Under the pieces are notes generated by a model that was given only the letters and a program-made list of their open reading frames with translations, ran no database searches and was not told the origin of the DNA. Of a stretch of DNA of 24,000 nt, positions 23,152 to 24,000 are shown piece after piece. The DNA is taken from NCBI RefSeq assembly GCF_030131845.1, contig NZ_JASKYM010000002.1, positions 296,247 through 320,246 on the forward strand, read 5' to 3'. This DNA comes from Romboutsia sedimentorum (lineage in GTDB: Bacteria > Bacillota > Clostridia > Peptostreptococcales > Peptostreptococcaceae). The position numbers and the translations under genes were made by a program. Numbering within the stretch: position 1 is the stretch's first letter; each line of letters starts with the position of its first letter.

Positions 23152-24000
23152 ATGATGGACTTTAAAGAATTAGAAAAAAAAGCAAGAGAAAATTTAAATG
23201 GAAGTTGTAAAGTTTGTAAAGTATGTAATGGTGTAGCTTGTGCAGGTGAGGTTCCTGGAATGGGTGGAAAAGGAAGTGGATCTTCATTTATTGAAAGTAG
23301 AAAAAGTTTGGACTCTGTAAAAATAAATATGAGAGTAATTCACAATGTATCTAATCCAGATATGAGTGTTGAATTATTTGGACAAAATATGGAGGCGCCT
23401 ATATTTGCAGCACCAATAACAGGTACTACTTTAAATATGGGTGGTCAAGTATCTGAAAGAGAATATATAGAGCCTGTTGTAAAGGGTTGTGCAAATAGTG
23501 GTATTCTTGCAATGGTAGGAGATACAGCCGTAGATGAATTTTTAATAGAAAACTTAAAGGTTTTAAAAGAAAATAATGGTCAAGGAATAGTATTTATAAA
23601 GCCGTGGGAAAATGATGACATAATAAAGAAAATTAAGTTAGCAGAAGACAGTGGTGCAATAGCTGTAGGAGTAGATATAGACGCATGTGGTTTAGTTACC
23701 TTATCAATGCATGGAAAAACAGTAGAACCTAAGGATATGAAAGCACTAAAAGAATTAAAACAATCTACTAAACTACCATTCATAGTGAAAGGAATAATGA
23801 CAGTTCAAGATGCATTGATGGCAGCTGATTGTGGTGCTGATGCTATCGTAGTATCCAATCATGGAGGTAGAGTGTTAGATTGTACACCGGGTGTTTGTGA
23901 GGTGCTACCTCGAATATCAAAAGCAGTAAAAGGTAGAGTGACTATACTTGTAGATGGAGCGATTAGAAGTGGCGTAGACGTACTTAAAATGATAGGATTA
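23152..24000 (+). CDS. FMN-dependent alpha-hydroxy-acid dehydrogenase/oxidase-family protein (TIM barrel), 3' end outside the window, with an N-terminal CX2CX2CX4C motif
   Basis: It is missing from the ORF track because there is no stop in the window. The frame is open for 283 codons from the ATG at 23152 (or 23155) after GGAGG at 23142-23146. Motifs: APIFAAPITG, LPFIVKGI, DAIVVSNHGGR and ILVDGAIRSG are typical of the glycolate/lactate oxidase family. Cys19/22/25/30 lie at 23206-23241. Confidence 0.8.
   Translation, partial: MMDFKELEKKARENLNGSCKVCKVCNGVACAGEVPGMGGKGSGSSFIESRKSLDSVKINMRVIHNVSNPDMSVELFGQNMEAPIFAAPITGTTLNMGGQVSEREYIEPVVKGCANSGILAMVGDTAVDEFLIENLKVLKENNGQGIVFIKPWENDDIIKKIKLAEDSGAIAVGVDIDACGLVTLSMHGKTVEPKDMKALKELKQSTKLPFIVKGIMTVQDALMAADCGADAIVVSNHGGRVLDCTPGVCEVLPRISKAVKGRVTILVDGAIRSGVDVLKMIGL

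Noticed and set aside
1-24000. Whole-window search for CRISPR arrays, tRNA/rRNA/tmRNA/SRP RNA, and known defence or toxin-antitoxin genes
   Set aside because: I saw no regularly spaced repeats, no GC-rich structured-RNA islands, and no nuclease, methyltransferase, Abi or TA-like domains. The only tandem repeat is the in-frame 42-nt coiled-coil repeat.

Overview
This is a very AT-rich chromosomal segment in the style of low-GC Firmicutes/Clostridia, and it is almost entirely + strand. The backbone is the conserved housekeeping cluster smc (3' part)-ftsY-ylxM-ffh-rpsP-khpA(ylqC)-rimM-trmD-rplS ... rbgA(ylqF) ... rnhB, in the same order as Bacillus subtilis. Accessory DNA interrupts it twice, and neither insertion carries recognisable mobility genes. 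Insertion (i), about 7.3-16.3 kb, holds a convergent manA, an M20 PepV-like dipeptidase, a ManR/MtlR-type PRD activator co-operonic with split fructose-family PTS EIIA/EIIB/EIIC, an M24B Xaa-Pro peptidase and a PatB/MalY-type C-S lyase. Insertion (ii), about 17.4-22.1 kb, holds an orphan 110-aa protein, a membrane-anchored coiled-coil protein built from six 14-aa (42-nt) repeats, a MarR-MATE efflux pair and brnQ. The window ends in a 5'-partial FMN-dependent alpha-hydroxy-acid dehydrogenase-family gene that is absent from the ORF track and has an N-terminal 4-Cys motif. I saw no rRNA/tRNA, CRISPR, transposase/integrase or recognisable defence genes. Several ORF-track starts look too far upstream (ftsY, rpsP, rplS, EIIA, rbgA, marR, rnhB). 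I cannot point to a clear-cut novel system. The three best candidates are: (a) the PTS/ManR regulon interleaved with three peptide/amino-acid enzymes; (b) a ~35-nt motif shared between the manA/dipeptidase and regulator promoters; and (c) the self-contained orphan + repeat coiled-coil two-gene cassette between rbgA and rnhB. All functional calls rest on motif recognition by eye; no database search was run.
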